Shown here: in pieces, positions 26,710-36,456 of the stretch
How the letters are laid out: each line of letters begins with the position of its first letter
Position numbering within the stretch: position 1 is the stretch's first letter
From: an uncultured bacterium
GTDB taxonomy: Bacteria; Oederibacteriota; JAAXVQ01; JAUVAV01
Reading direction: 5' to 3'
Assembly (NCBI GenBank): GCA_964630235.1
Contig: CAZVUO010000001.1
Coordinates: 917,446-981,445, forward strand
Length of the DNA: 64,000 nucleotides
Notes under the pieces: generated by a model
Database searches by the model: none
What the model saw: the letters and a program-made list of their open reading frames with translations, nothing else
What the model was told of the DNA's origin: nothing
Program-made: the position numbers and the translations under genes

Positions 26710-28883
26710 CCCACCAAAAAGTCCGTGTTTTTGAACTGGCCAAGGAACTCAAATTGACCTCCAAGGAGCTGATGGGCGAACTGGAGAAGATGCGCATTCA
26801 GGTTAAAAGCCACATGAGCGTGCTGGAAGACGAGACCGTGGCCTATATCAAACGCCACTGGGGCGAGGATGAGATCTTCGAGGATACCGTGGTTCCCGGC
26901 ATGACCATGGCCGCGCCCCGGCCGGCCGCGGCCGATGTGGTCCAGACCACGACGGTCCAAGCACCTGTGGTGGAAGAAGAACCGGCTCCGTCCCGGCCCG
27001 AGCCCGTGTACGTGCCTGAGCCCCTGTTTGAGCCTGAGCCCGAGCCAGAGCCTGAACCCGAGCCAGAACCCAAGTCCGCCGCCATGGCGGCTCCGGTGCC
27101 GTCCGCGCCGCCGAAATCCAGGGAAACGCTCCCGCCCCTGCGCCTGCCCAGCGCGGTGTCGGTGGGCGACGTGGCCGAACGCCTGAGCGTGAAGCCGGCC
27201 GAGGTCATCAAGAAACTCATGGGCCTGGGCGTGTTCGCCACCATCAACCAGCGGCTGGATGAAGACACAATCGAGATCCTGCTTTCCGAGTACAATTTCC
27301 GGCCGGAATACGAGGAGCTGTACGGCGAGGATCTGCTGGCCCAGGAAGAGGTTGTGGACCGGCCCGAGGACCTGCAGCCGCGGCCGCCCGTGGTGACCAT
27401 CATGGGTCACGTCAACCACGGCAAGACCTCTCTCCTGGACGCGGTCCGGGAGACCAACGTCATGGACGGCGAGGCCGGCGGCATCACCCAGCATATCGGC
27501 GCGTACCAGGTCAAACTGCCCAAGGGCTACGTGACCTTCCTGGACACACCCGGCCACGAGGCCTTCACCACCCTGCGCGCCCGCGGCGCCCAGGTGACGG
27601 ACGTGGTCGTGCTGGTGGTGGCGGCCGACGACGGCGTGCAGCCGCAGACCATCGAGGCCATTGACCACGCCAAAGCGGCCAACGTGCCCATCATCGTGGC
27701 CATCAACAAAATGGACAAACCCGGCGCCGATCCCAGCCGCGTGCGCCAGGAACTCACCAAGTACAACCTGCTCTCCGAGGAGTGGGGCGGCAAAACCATT
27801 TTCGTGGAAATTTCGGCGAAGAAACGCCAGGGGCTGGAAAAACTTCTGGAAATGATCCTGCTCGAAGCCGAAATGCTGGAGCTCAAAGCCAACCGCAAAG
27901 CCCATGCCCGGGGCACGGTCATCGAGGCCAAGCTGGACCGGGGGCGCGGGCCGGTGGCCACGGTGCTCGTGCAGCGCGGCACGCTCAAGGTCGGCGATCC
28001 GGTGGTGACCGGCGTGCAGTTTGGACGCGTCCGGGCGCTCATGAACGAACGCGGGGCCATCCTCAAGACCGTGGGGCCGGGCATGCCGGCCGAGGTGCTG
28101 GGACTTTCGGGCGTGCCCCAGGCCGGCGACCTGTTCCAGGTTCTGGCCAGCGACAAGCTCGCCCGGCAGATCGCCCTGAAGCGCCAGATGATCAAGCGCG
28201 AGCAGGATTTGAGCGCCAGCCAGAAGATCAACCTCGACAACCTCAAGGACCAGATCAAAGAGGGGACCATCAAGGAACTGAAAATCATCATCAAGGCCGA
28301 CGTGCAGGGATCGGCCGAGGTGCTGGCCAATTCGCTCGAGGGTCTGTCCACCGAAAAAGTGCGCCTGACCAGCATCCACAGCGCGGTCGGCAACATCACG
28401 GAGAGCGACATTCTCCTGGCCACGGCCAGCAACGCCATCGTGCTCGGCTTCAACGTCAAGGCCGAGGCCGGCGTGGAACAGGTCGCTCAGCGGGAACAGG
28501 TGGACGTGCGCATCTACTCGGTGATCTACGACGTGGTGAACGACGTCAAGGCGGCCATGGAAGGCCTGCTGGAACCCCACTACCACGAGGTGCCGATCGG
28601 CCAGGCCGAGGTGCGCAGCGTCTTCAAACTCTCTTCGGGCGTGACGGCGGCCGGGTCCCAGGTCTCAAGCGGCAAGATCACGCGCGGCGCGCAGGCCAAA
28701 GTGGTGCGACGCGGCCAGATCCTGCACACGGGCAAGATCGAGTCCCTCAAGCGCTTCAAGGACGATGTCAAGGAAGTCCCGGCGGGGATGGAGTGCGGCC
28801 TCTCCGTGAGCGGCTTTAAAACGTACGAGCCGGGGGACGTGATCGAAGCCTTCGTGCTCGAAGCCGTGGCGCAGAAGCTCTGA
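26706..28883 (+). CDS. infB: Translation initiation factor IF-2
   Basis: GTPase motifs ([18 protein letters not shown]) and an (EP)9 linker. ATGA overlap with nusA. Confidence 0.95.
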   Translation: MTHQKVRVFELAKELKLTSKELMGELEKMRIQVKSHMSVLEDETVAYIKRHWGEDEIFEDTVVPGMTMAAPRPAAADVVQTTTVQAPVVEEEPAPSRPEPVYVPEPLFEPEPEPEPEPEPEPKSAAMAAPVPSAPPKSRETLPPLRLPSAVSVGDVAERLSVKPAEVIKKLMGLGVFATINQRLDEDTIEILLSEYNFRPEYEELYGEDLLAQEEVVDRPEDLQPRPPVVTIMGHVNHGKTSLLDAVRETNVMDGEAGGITQHIGAYQVKLPKGYVTFLDTPGHEAFTTLRARGAQVTDVVVLVVAADDGVQPQTIEAIDHAKAANVPIIVAINKMDKPGADPSRVRQELTKYNLLSEEWGGKTIFVEISAKKRQGLEKLLEMILLEAEMLELKANRKAHARGTVIEAKLDRGRGPVATVLVQRGTLKVGDPVVTGVQFGRVRALMNERGAILKTVGPGMPAEVLGLSGVPQAGDLFQVLASDKLARQIALKRQMIKREQDLSASQKINLDNLKDQIKEGTIKELKIIIKADVQGSAEVLANSLEGLSTEKVRLTSIHSAVGNITESDILLATASNAIVLGFNVKAEAGVEQVAQREQVDVRIYSVIYDVVNDVKAAMEGLLEPHYHEVPIGQAEVRSVFKLSSGVTAAGSQVSSGKITRGAQAKVVRRGQILHTGKIESLKRFKDDVKEVPAGMECGLSVSGFKTYEPGDVIEAFVLEAVAQKL

Positions 28884-28920
28884 GGCGCGCGCTCCTTCTC
28901 CCGCACCGTGGACACCGGAC

Positions 28921-29001
28921 GCTTGCTTGCGAGCGGGATCGCCCGGCGCAGGGGATGTCGCCTTGCCCCGAAGAAATACGTGCCGAGAAAAGGGGGGCTC
29001 C
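28921..29001 (+). repeat. F-family repeat, short copy 5 (its 3' module contains the DUF503 RBS and ATG)
   Basis: CAGGGGATGTCGCC...AAAAGGGGGGCTCCATGG. Confidence 0.55.
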
Positions 29002-29283
29002 ATGGTCGTCGGCCTGTTGAGCGGGGACCTGTTCTTCCCCGAGAACCACAGCCTGAAGAACAAGCGGATGCTGTTGAGAAAATTGATGGAGCGGCTCAAG
29101 CGCGACCTCAACGTCTCCGTGGCCGAGGTCGAGCACCAGGACCTCTGGCAGCGCTCGCGGATCGCGGTGGCGTGCGTGAACACCAGCAGCCGCGAGGCGA
29201 ACGCCACCCTGAACGAAGCGCTGAAACTGATTGACCAATTCCCCGAAGCCGAGCTCGTGGACCACGTCTTTGAGCAGCGCTGA
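29002..29283 (+). CDS. DUF503 (YlxP-like) protein
   Basis: MVVGLLSGDLFFPENHSLKNKR...; conserved position between infB and rbfA. Its ATG lies inside the GGGGGCTCCATG 3' module of an F-family repeat. Confidence 0.7.
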   Translation: MVVGLLSGDLFFPENHSLKNKRMLLRKLMERLKRDLNVSVAEVEHQDLWQRSRIAVACVNTSSREANATLNEALKLIDQFPEAELVDHVFEQR

Positions 29284-29440
29284 CACCGAACCCCATCCCC
29301 TTCGCAGGATCGACAGTCCAGCCGCTTCGCACCCAGGGATGGACTGCGGCGGGGAGGTCGCCTGGCTCTGAGAGTGTCCTGGAAACGGAAGGGGGAGGCT
29401 CCATTCCCTATGCCGTGGACAACAGCCTCTGCTCGATAAA

Positions 29441-29530
29441 AAAAATCGCCCGGTCTGGGGGATGTCGCCCCGACAGGAATAACCTATATGGGCGCCGTGG
29501 GCGCAGAGGGACTTCCCCTAAAGGGGTCGC
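29441..29530 (+). repeat. F-family repeat, short copy 6 (in the rbfA leader)
   Basis: ATCGCCCGGTCTGGGGGATGTCGCCCCGACAGG, which parallels copy 5. The rbfA start reuses GGGAGGCTCCATG. Confidence 0.5.
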
Positions 29531-29594
29531 CCTGCCACTAGCGATTATTTGCATTGAAAGGGGGGTATCCCGGCCAAGACCGCCGGGAGGCTCC

Positions 29595-29954
29595 ATGAAA
29601 CCCAAACGCGTTGACCGCCTGGCCTCGCAGCTGGTGCGGGAAATATCGGACATCCTCCTGCGCAAACTCTCGGACCCCCGGCTCTCCTGGGTCACGATCA
29701 CGCGCGCCGCGATCACGCCGGACCTGCGGGAGGCCAAAGTCTATATCCTGACCCTGGCGGGCGGCGACCAGCGGGCGCAAACCCTGGAGGGCCTGGCGCA
29801 TGCCGCCGGCTTCATCCGGCACGAGCTCGGCCGCCGGGTGGAGTGGCGCGTGCTGCCGGAATTGCATTTTCTGGTTGACGAGGAAGCCGAGCGCACGGAG
29901 CAGCTGCTTCGGAAACTCTCTCCGCCTCCACCGGCAGAAAAAACCGAGGAGTGA
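29595..29954 (+). CDS. rbfA: Ribosome-binding factor A
   Basis: MKPKRVDRLASQLVREISDIL...; GGGAGGCTCCATG initiation region. Confidence 0.85.
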   Translation: MKPKRVDRLASQLVREISDILLRKLSDPRLSWVTITRAAITPDLREAKVYILTLAGGDQRAQTLEGLAHAAGFIRHELGRRVEWRVLPELHFLVDEEAERTEQLLRKLSPPPPAEKTEE

Positions 29955-29959
29955 CTGGC

Positions 29960-30967
29960 ATGGTTGAGCAGAAGCTGGAGCGCGACCCGAATTACGAGGT
30001 GGAACTCGAGCGGGCGCTGGAAATCATCGCGAAAGGCCGGGATTTCGTGCTGACCACGCACGTCAACCCGGACGGCGACGGGCTGGGCTGCGAATCCGCC
30101 CTCTATCTGGCCTTGGCCAGCATGGGCAAGCAGGTGACCGTGGTGAACGCGGATCCGGTGCCGGACCTGTACCATTTCCTCCCGGCCGGAGAAGACTTCC
30201 TCACGGCGGCCAAGTACGACCGCCGGCACGAAGTGGCGATTCTGCTGGAATGCCCGGACGTGCAGCGGTCCGGCGGCGTTTTGCGGCTGCCCGGGGGCGC
30301 GGAGCACGTCATTAACATTGACCACCACGTGTTCAACACGCGCTACGGCACCATCAACCTGGTGGATCCCACCGCGGCCGCGGCCGGGGAGCAGATCTGG
30401 GATTTGGTGTCCGCCCTCGATTGCCCGCGCGACCAGCGCATGGCCATCGGCATCTACACCGCCATCGCCACGGACACCGGGCACTTCAAATACGCCGGCG
30501 TCACCCCCCGGACCCACCGCGTGATCGCGGAACTGCTGGAGCTGGGCGTGCAGCCCGGTTACATGAACGAACAGCTGTACGAACGCGTGCCGGCCGAAGG
30601 CCTGCACCTGCTGGCCCTGGGCCTGTGCGGGGTCCGCTACAACGCGCGCCGCGACGTCGGCTGGTTCAGCATCACGCAAACCATGCTGGCCCAGACCCAT
30701 GGCCGGGCGAACCAGACCGAAAATTTCGTCAACTACGTGCGCGCCGTGGACGGCGTGGAAGTCGCCGTCTTCTTCCTGGAGACCGAAACCGGCAAGATCA
30801 AGGTCTCGTTCCGGTCCCGGGGCAACGTGGATGTCTCCACCATCGCGGTCCAATTCGGCGGCGGGGGCCACCAGCGCGCCGCGGGCGCGCTCCTGGCCGG
30901 GCCGCTGGCCGCGGCCCAGGAACAGGTCCTGGCCGCGGTGGAAGCGCGGATCCATCCCCAGGGCTGA
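29960..30967 (+). CDS. nrnA: DHH/DHHA1 phosphoesterase NrnA (oligoribonuclease / pAp phosphatase)
   Basis: DHH motifs (HVNPDGDGLG, IDHH). GAGGA RBS 10 nt upstream of the ATG at 29960. Confidence 0.8.
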   Translation: MVEQKLERDPNYEVELERALEIIAKGRDFVLTTHVNPDGDGLGCESALYLALASMGKQVTVVNADPVPDLYHFLPAGEDFLTAAKYDRRHEVAILLECPDVQRSGGVLRLPGGAEHVINIDHHVFNTRYGTINLVDPTAAAAGEQIWDLVSALDCPRDQRMAIGIYTAIATDTGHFKYAGVTPRTHRVIAELLELGVQPGYMNEQLYERVPAEGLHLLALGLCGVRYNARRDVGWFSITQTMLAQTHGRANQTENFVNYVRAVDGVEVAVFFLETETGKIKVSFRSRGNVDVSTIAVQFGGGGHQRAAGALLAGPLAAAQEQVLAAVEARIHPQG

Positions 30968-30971
30968 TCCC

Positions 30972-31859
30972 GTGTCCGCGGGCCTGCTCGCGCTGCGCAA
31001 GCCGGGAGGGCCGACCTCGGCCGCCTTGGTGGGGCGCGTGCGGCGGCTGACCGGCGCGGCGCGCGCCGGTCACAGCGGCACCCTAGACCCGGCCGCGGAC
31101 GGCGTGCTGATCGTCGCGTTGGGCCAGTCCACCAGCCTTTTCCCCTACCTTCCCTCGGATAAAACCTACCGCGCCGTGATCCGGCTGGGCGCGACTACCG
31201 CGACGGACGATGCGCAGGGCGAGATCCTGACCAGGGCCAGCGTGCCGCCTTTCAGCCGGGAGCAGGTGGCGGCCACCCTGGAGCGCTGGGTCGGCCCTCA
31301 ACTGCAAATCCCCCCCATGGTCTCCGCCCGCCGCCACCGCGGCGAACGGCTGTATCAGATCGCCCGGCGCGGGGAAACCGTACTGCGGGCGCCTCGCCGG
31401 GTGCTGGTGCACGCTCTGCGCCTTTTGGACTGGCAGCCGCCGGACGTGAGCCTTGAAGCCCACTGTTCCAGCGGAACGTACATCCGTTCACTGGCTGCGG
31501 ACCTCGGCCGGGTCTGGGGCTGCGGGGCTCATTTGCTCCGCTTGACCCGCACGCGGTGCAACGGGTTCGGCTGGGAAGAGGCCGTGGCTTGGGAAACCTT
31601 CGAAGCCTCGACTGCGAACGGTTCCAGCGCGTGGCGGCGCTTCCTGGTGGACCCGAGCCGGGCTCTGGCCCACTTGCCGGGCGTGGCGGTGGATGAAGCA
31701 GGGCGCCAGGATGTGTCGCACGGGCGGCCGCTGGCTGGCCTGCAGGCCCCTCCCGGATTGGTGCGGGTGCTGGACGCGGAAGGGCGGCTGCTGGCCGTGG
31801 CGCGGGCTGAGCAGAACAAGTTGGTGATGGAGCGGGTGCTGGTATCACCTCGGCAGTAA
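30972..31859 (+). CDS. truB: tRNA pseudouridine(55) synthase TruB
   Basis: GHSGTLDPAADGVL catalytic Asp motif. GTG start inferred in-frame just after the nrnA stop. Confidence 0.82.
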   Translation: MSAGLLALRKPGGPTSAALVGRVRRLTGAARAGHSGTLDPAADGVLIVALGQSTSLFPYLPSDKTYRAVIRLGATTATDDAQGEILTRASVPPFSREQVAATLERWVGPQLQIPPMVSARRHRGERLYQIARRGETVLRAPRRVLVHALRLLDWQPPDVSLEAHCSSGTYIRSLAADLGRVWGCGAHLLRLTRTRCNGFGWEEAVAWETFEASTANGSSAWRRFLVDPSRALAHLPGVAVDEAGRQDVSHGRPLAGLQAPPGLVRVLDAEGRLLAVARAEQNKLVMERVLVSPRQ

Positions 31860-31936
31860 TCTTAGCCGGGATTCGAAAAGAGATTGCCACGCGCTCCCTA
31901 CGGGATCGCTCGTCATGACTGCATTGGAAAGTTGTC

Positions 31937-31962
31937 TGTCATTGCGAGGACCGGAGGGACTT
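31937..31962 (+). repeat. Partial MITE-like end (GTCATTGCGAGGACCGGAGGGAC)
   Basis: Matches the left end of the 49096 element. No right terminal repeat was found. Confidence 0.4.
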
Positions 31963-32000
31963 TCTAAGTAATAGATGCCATACAGCCTCCGGGAGGCGGC

Positions 32001-32942
32001 ATGAAAGTCTTTTACGGCTGGCCCAAACGACCCGGCCGGGGGCGCGCGGTCACGCTGGGCGTTTTCGACGGCGTGCACCGCGGCCATGTCCGCCTGCTGC
32101 AGGCGCTCCTGCGGCGCAGCCGCGGGCTGGGAGTGCCGGCCGCGGTGGTTACCTTCGACGAACATCCGCACGGTACGCTTTCGCCCAGCCGGCGGCCGCC
32201 CCGCCTGGCCACTCCCCGGCAGTGTCTCGAACGTTTCCGGCGCTTGGGCGTGGACGAAGTGTGTTTGATCCCTTTCACCACCCGCTTGGCGGCAACCCCG
32301 GCTGCATCCTTCGTCCGCCGCGTGCTGGCCGGCCGCATGGGCGTCCGGCAGGTGGTGGTCGGGCAGGATTTCGTGTTCGGACGCGGCGGGCGCGGGAACA
32401 CGGCCCTGCTCCGGCGCCTGGGTCCGGCGCTTGGCTTCGGGGTCACGGTTGTGCCGCCGCTCAAGCACAGAGGCCGCGTGATCAGCTCCAGCGGCCTGCG
32501 CGAACTCGTGTCGCGGGGGCGGATGCGCCTGGCCTGGCAGTGGCTGGGCTGGCCTTATACCCTGCACGGCCGCGTGGTGCGCGGCGAGGGCCGCGGCCGG
32601 ACCATCGGCCTGCCCACGGCCAATCTGCGTTCTCTGCACGAGCTGGTGCCGCCTCCTGGCATTTATTTGACAGGCGTGCAGGTGGGCGGCCGCCTGCGTC
32701 TGAGTCTGTGCTACATCGGGCGCCGGCCGACCTTCCATCCCTGGGGCCCGCAGACCATCGAGGTCCACATCCCCGGTTGGAACCGGTCTCTGTATGGACG
32801 CCAGCTCGCACTGCGCTTCTACCACCGCCTCCGGCAGGACCGGCGCTTTTCGAGCGCCGAAGCGCTGGTGCGCCAGGTGGAGCGGGACGGGCGGCAGGCG
32901 CGGCATTTGTGGACAAAATGGGCAAAACTCATTAAAATGTAA
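32001..32942 (+). CDS. ribF: Bifunctional riboflavin kinase / FMN adenylyltransferase RibF
   Basis: GVFDGVHRGH N-terminal adenylyltransferase motif. C-terminal riboflavin kinase (GRTIGLPTANL). GGGAGG RBS. Confidence 0.9.
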   Translation: MKVFYGWPKRPGRGRAVTLGVFDGVHRGHVRLLQALLRRSRGLGVPAAVVTFDEHPHGTLSPSRRPPRLATPRQCLERFRRLGVDEVCLIPFTTRLAATPAASFVRRVLAGRMGVRQVVVGQDFVFGRGGRGNTALLRRLGPALGFGVTVVPPLKHRGRVISSSGLRELVSRGRMRLAWQWLGWPYTLHGRVVRGEGRGRTIGLPTANLRSLHELVPPPGIYLTGVQVGGRLRLSLCYIGRRPTFHPWGPQTIEVHIPGWNRSLYGRQLALRFYHRLRQDRRFSSAEALVRQVERDGRQARHLWTKWAKLIKM

Positions 32943-32995
32943 CCGTTATAGATTTATCCCCTCCCATCGCGGGGGAGATGATTTTTTAGTCAGAG

Positions 32996-33136
32996 GTTGC
33001 CCATCCCCTCCGCGGGGGGGGGGCGAATGCGGAATCGCTGTTCTGGGGATGTCGCCCAGAGGGGTAGCGAGGGGTGAAGTTGGTACTCCGGGTTTTGTCC
33101 CTAAAGGGACTTCTTGCAGTCGCCCGGGGGCTCCAT
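32996..33136 (+). repeat. F-family repeat, copy 2 (upstream of hup)
   Basis: About 85% identical to copy 1. Confidence 0.7.
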
Positions 33137-33176
33137 GCAAGTAACGGTGACAAAGTCCACCTCGAGGTAAGCACGC

Positions 33177-33467
33177 GTGAACAAGAACACCTTGGCCAAA
33201 CAGCTGTCCCGACAGTTCGGGTTTACCCAGCGGGAATCCCAGATCCTGGTGGACCACATCCTGAACGCTTTAGCCGCTGAATTGGTGAAAGGCCGGCGCG
33301 CGGAGATCCGGGGCCTGGGCACGTTCGGCACCCGCAAGCGCAAAGCCAGCGTGGGGCGCGTGGTCAGGACGGGAAAATCCGTGACCGTGCCGGCCCTGCG
33401 GCGCGTTTTTTTCCGGCCGGGCCGCGAGTTGAAGGAAATCTCCCGCGAGGCGGAAAAAAACGCGTGA
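33177..33467 (+). CDS. hup: HU/IHF family DNA-binding protein
   Basis: 96 aa. RGLGTFGTRKRKA...GKSVTVPALRRVFF beta-arm. GTG start with a GAGGT RBS. Confidence 0.85.
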   Translation: MNKNTLAKQLSRQFGFTQRESQILVDHILNALAAELVKGRRAEIRGLGTFGTRKRKASVGRVVRTGKSVTVPALRRVFFRPGRELKEISREAEKNA

Positions 33468-35704
33468 AGCCCGGAACGGTATTTACCGCGGAACTGAACC
33501 CGCCGCAGCTGGAAGCGGTCACGCACGGCGACGGGCCGCTCCTGGTGCTGGCCGGCGCCGGTTCGGGCAAGACCCGCGTGATCACCTGCCGGATCGCCCA
33601 CCTCATCGGGCAGACCCGCGTTCCTCCCGGCGCCATCCTGGCTGTCACCTTCACCAACAAAGCCGCGGGTGAGATGCGCGAACGCATCGAACGCCTGCTG
33701 GGGAAAGAGACCGCGTCCAAGCTGTGGATCGGCACTTTTCACGCCCTGTGCCTGCGGATCCTCAAACGCGAACTGCCCGAGACGTTCTCGATCTACGACG
33801 ACGAGGAGAGCAAGCGCCTGCTCAAGGAATGCCTGCGCGAGCTCAACCTGGACCAGCAGACCGTTAAGCTGGAGCAGGCGGCTTTCCGGATCGAAAGCGC
33901 CAAACACGAGCTGATCGCCCCGGCGGAATTCGCGAGCCTGGCCCTTGATTTCATCAGCCGCCAGGTCGCCAAGGTGTACGAACTCTACCAGCGCAAGCTG
34001 GCCCGCAACCGCGCCCTGGATTTCGGCGACCTTATTTTGCGCGCCGTACAGCTTTTTCAGGAACAGCCGGACCTGCTGGCCAAGTACCGCGAACGGATCC
34101 AGCACCTCTTGGTGGACGAATACCAGGACATCAATCACGCCCAGTACCGCTGGATCCGCCTGCTGGCCGGAGAGCAGGGCAACCTGACCGTGGTGGGCGA
34201 CGACGACCAGAGCATCTACCAGTTCCGCGGGGCGGACCTGCGCAACATCCTGGAATTCGAACGGGATTTTCCCTCGGCCAAGGTGATCAAACTGGAGCAG
34301 AATTACCGCTCCACCCAGAACATCCTGGCCGCGGCCGGCGCCGTGGTGGCGAATAACCGCGGGCGCAAGGAAAAAACCCTGTGGACCGAGAACCCCGAAG
34401 GCGAAACGCTGACCTATTTCCGGGGGCAGGACGAGGCGGACGAGGCGGCCTTCGTGGTGCGATCGTTCGTCGCGGAAACCGTCCGGGGCCGCCGGCTTTC
34501 GGAACTGGCCGTGCTCTACCGCACCAACGCCCAGTCGCGCCCCCTGGAAGACGCGCTGCGGCGCGAGCGCATGCCGTACCGGCTCATCGGCGGCATGCGG
34601 TTCTACGACCGCATGGAGATCAAGGACGCGCTGGCTTATCTCAAGATACTGGTCAACCCGGCGGACGAAATTTCCCTGGAGCGGGTCATCAACCTGCCTT
34701 CACGCGGCCTGGGCGAGGGCACGCTCGCCAAGCTGCGCGCGGCCGCTTCGCAGCGGGGGCTGACCCTGCTCGAAACCATGGCCTTGGAGGATATCCCGGC
34801 GCTGGGGCTGAACGACCGCGCCACGGCCGCGGTCCGGGCCTTTGTCCGCCTGCAGCAGGATATGCAGGCGCGGCGCGATCAGCAGCCCCTGCCGCTCTTG
34901 CTCGCCGACCTCTTGCGCGAAAGCGGCTACCTGGCCATGTGGGAAAAAGACGAAGAGAACGGCACCGCGCGCATCGAGAACCTCAACGAACTGGTCGTGG
35001 CCGCGGAGGAGTTCAGCCGCACCGGCGAGGGCACGCTGGAGGGCTTTTTGGACCAGGTTGCCCTGGTCTCGAGCCTGGACGAGCAGGATGACAGCAGCGA
35101 ACAGGTGACCCTGATGACCCTGCACGCGGCCAAAGGCCTGGAATTCCCGGTGGTCTGCCTGGTGGGGATGGAAGAAGGCTTGTTCCCGCATGCCAACGCC
35201 CTGCAGGAAGCTTCCGGGCTGGAGGAAGAGCGCCGGTTGTGCTACGTGGGGTTGACCCGCGCGCGCGAACGGCTGATCTTGACCGGCGCGGCCACCCGCA
35301 GTTCATTCGGCAACCGGATCTACAATTCCGAGTCCCGGTTTTTGCACGAAATCCCGGGGCGGTTGTTCACGGGGCACAAACCCCTGGCCCACCTCAAGGC
35401 GGAGCAGACCGAAACGGCCCGCGGCCTGTGGCGCGGCCGGCCCGCGGCCGGCGACGGGGAGATCACCCGCGAACCCCTGGCCGAAGGCACGGAACCGGAC
35501 GAGGACGCGTTCCCCGGCCTGAGGATCGGCCAGCGCGTGCGGCACGCCCGCTACGGCACGGGCACGATCGTGGGCAGGCACGGCGAAGGCCAGGACGCCA
35601 AGCTGGAAGTGGCTTTTACCCACTATGGCCGTAAAAAACTCATGGCGCGGTACGCCGCCCTGCAGCCCGCGGGCGCGGCGGAGCCGGCCAGGCGGAGGCC
35701 GTGA
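33464..35704 (+). CDS. pcrA: ATP-dependent DNA helicase PcrA/UvrD
   Basis: Walker A AGAGSGKT, UvrD motifs and a C-terminal Tudor-like tail. GTGA overlap with the hup stop. Confidence 0.9.
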   Translation: MKPGTVFTAELNPPQLEAVTHGDGPLLVLAGAGSGKTRVITCRIAHLIGQTRVPPGAILAVTFTNKAAGEMRERIERLLGKETASKLWIGTFHALCLRILKRELPETFSIYDDEESKRLLKECLRELNLDQQTVKLEQAAFRIESAKHELIAPAEFASLALDFISRQVAKVYELYQRKLARNRALDFGDLILRAVQLFQEQPDLLAKYRERIQHLLVDEYQDINHAQYRWIRLLAGEQGNLTVVGDDDQSIYQFRGADLRNILEFERDFPSAKVIKLEQNYRSTQNILAAAGAVVANNRGRKEKTLWTENPEGETLTYFRGQDEADEAAFVVRSFVAETVRGRRLSELAVLYRTNAQSRPLEDALRRERMPYRLIGGMRFYDRMEIKDALAYLKILVNPADEISLERVINLPSRGLGEGTLAKLRAAASQRGLTLLETMALEDIPALGLNDRATAAVRAFVRLQQDMQARRDQQPLPLLLADLLRESGYLAMWEKDEENGTARIENLNELVVAAEEFSRTGEGTLEGFLDQVALVSSLDEQDDSSEQVTLMTLHAAKGLEFPVVCLVGMEEGLFPHANALQEASGLEEERRLCYVGLTRARERLILTGAATRSSFGNRIYNSESRFLHEIPGRLFTGHKPLAHLKAEQTETARGLWRGRPAAGDGEITREPLAEGTEPDEDAFPGLRIGQRVRHARYGTGTIVGRHGEGQDAKLEVAFTHYGRKKLMARYAALQPAGAAEPARRRP

Positions 35705-36198
35705 TGATCTCCCCCGCGGTGGATTACACCGCCCTGCGAAAACAGTCGGTCCGGGCGATGAAGCTCAAGCTGGAGCCCGGCAAGGAGCTGCGCATCGATC
35801 TGCCCAGCACCTTGCCCAAACTGGCGCAGGTCCGGCAGGCCATCCGCCGGTTCACCAAGACCTGCAAGCTCCCGGCGCTGATCGTGGACAAGATCGAGCT
35901 GGCCGTGGACGAGGCGGTGGCGAACGCGGTCGAGCACGCCTACCCCGAGCGCGAGGACGGCCTGGTGCAGGTCCGGGCTTGGCGGGAACGGCGCCGCTTC
36001 TCCGTGGCCATCCGCGATTACGGGAAAGGGTACGACCCCAAGCCCGTCTCCTTCTCCGCCATCCGCAAGGTCATGCGCAACCATCTGCGGCGCGGCATGG
36101 GCCGCTACCTCATGCGCCAGTGCATGGACATCGTGAAATACGTTTCGGTCCCCCAGCAGTACAACGAGACCTTCATGGTCAAACGGTTGCTGCGGTAA
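35704..36198 (+). CDS. Anti-sigma regulatory factor-like HATPase (RsbW/SpoIIAB family Ser kinase)
   Basis: ELAVDEAVANAVEHAY N-box and a DYGKGYD G-box-like segment. TGATG overlap with pcrA. Confidence 0.6.
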   Translation: MISPAVDYTALRKQSVRAMKLKLEPGKELRIDLPSTLPKLAQVRQAIRRFTKTCKLPALIVDKIELAVDEAVANAVEHAYPEREDGLVQVRAWRERRRFSVAIRDYGKGYDPKPVSFSAIRKVMRNHLRRGMGRYLMRQCMDIVKYVSVPQQYNETFMVKRLLR

Positions 36199-36277
36199 GC
36201 AGCATCCTTCTCCTTACCACCCTCTCCCGCACCCTCAATGTCTGTGTCATAATTTTCTTTAGAGACTTTTTATCTAT

Positions 36278-36395
36278 TGTCACCCCGGCATGCCTATAGC
36301 CGGGGTCCAGATGCGAACTCCCCCTTTTCCCCCTCTTTACCAAAGAGGGGGCAGGGGGGAGTTGGATTCCGGCTAAAACCATGCCGGAATGACGA
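36278..36395 (+). repeat. R-family structured repeat, copy D (with the hairpin module)
   Basis: Near-identical to copy B over the internal module. Confidence 0.7.
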
Positions 36396-36456
36396 TCAAC
36401 TTAAAACAGCGCAGCGACACAATCTCAAGGGGAAGAGACGAAGGGGAGGGTGAAGA

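Noticed and set aside
32794-33144. ORFs at 32794-33144, 11089-11460 and 38271-38510 sharing protein-level similarity (GGECG..MSPRG..PKGTS.SR.GAP).
   Set aside because: The similarity is a by-product of translating F-family repeat copies. They have no RBS and mixed frames, and overlap ribF.
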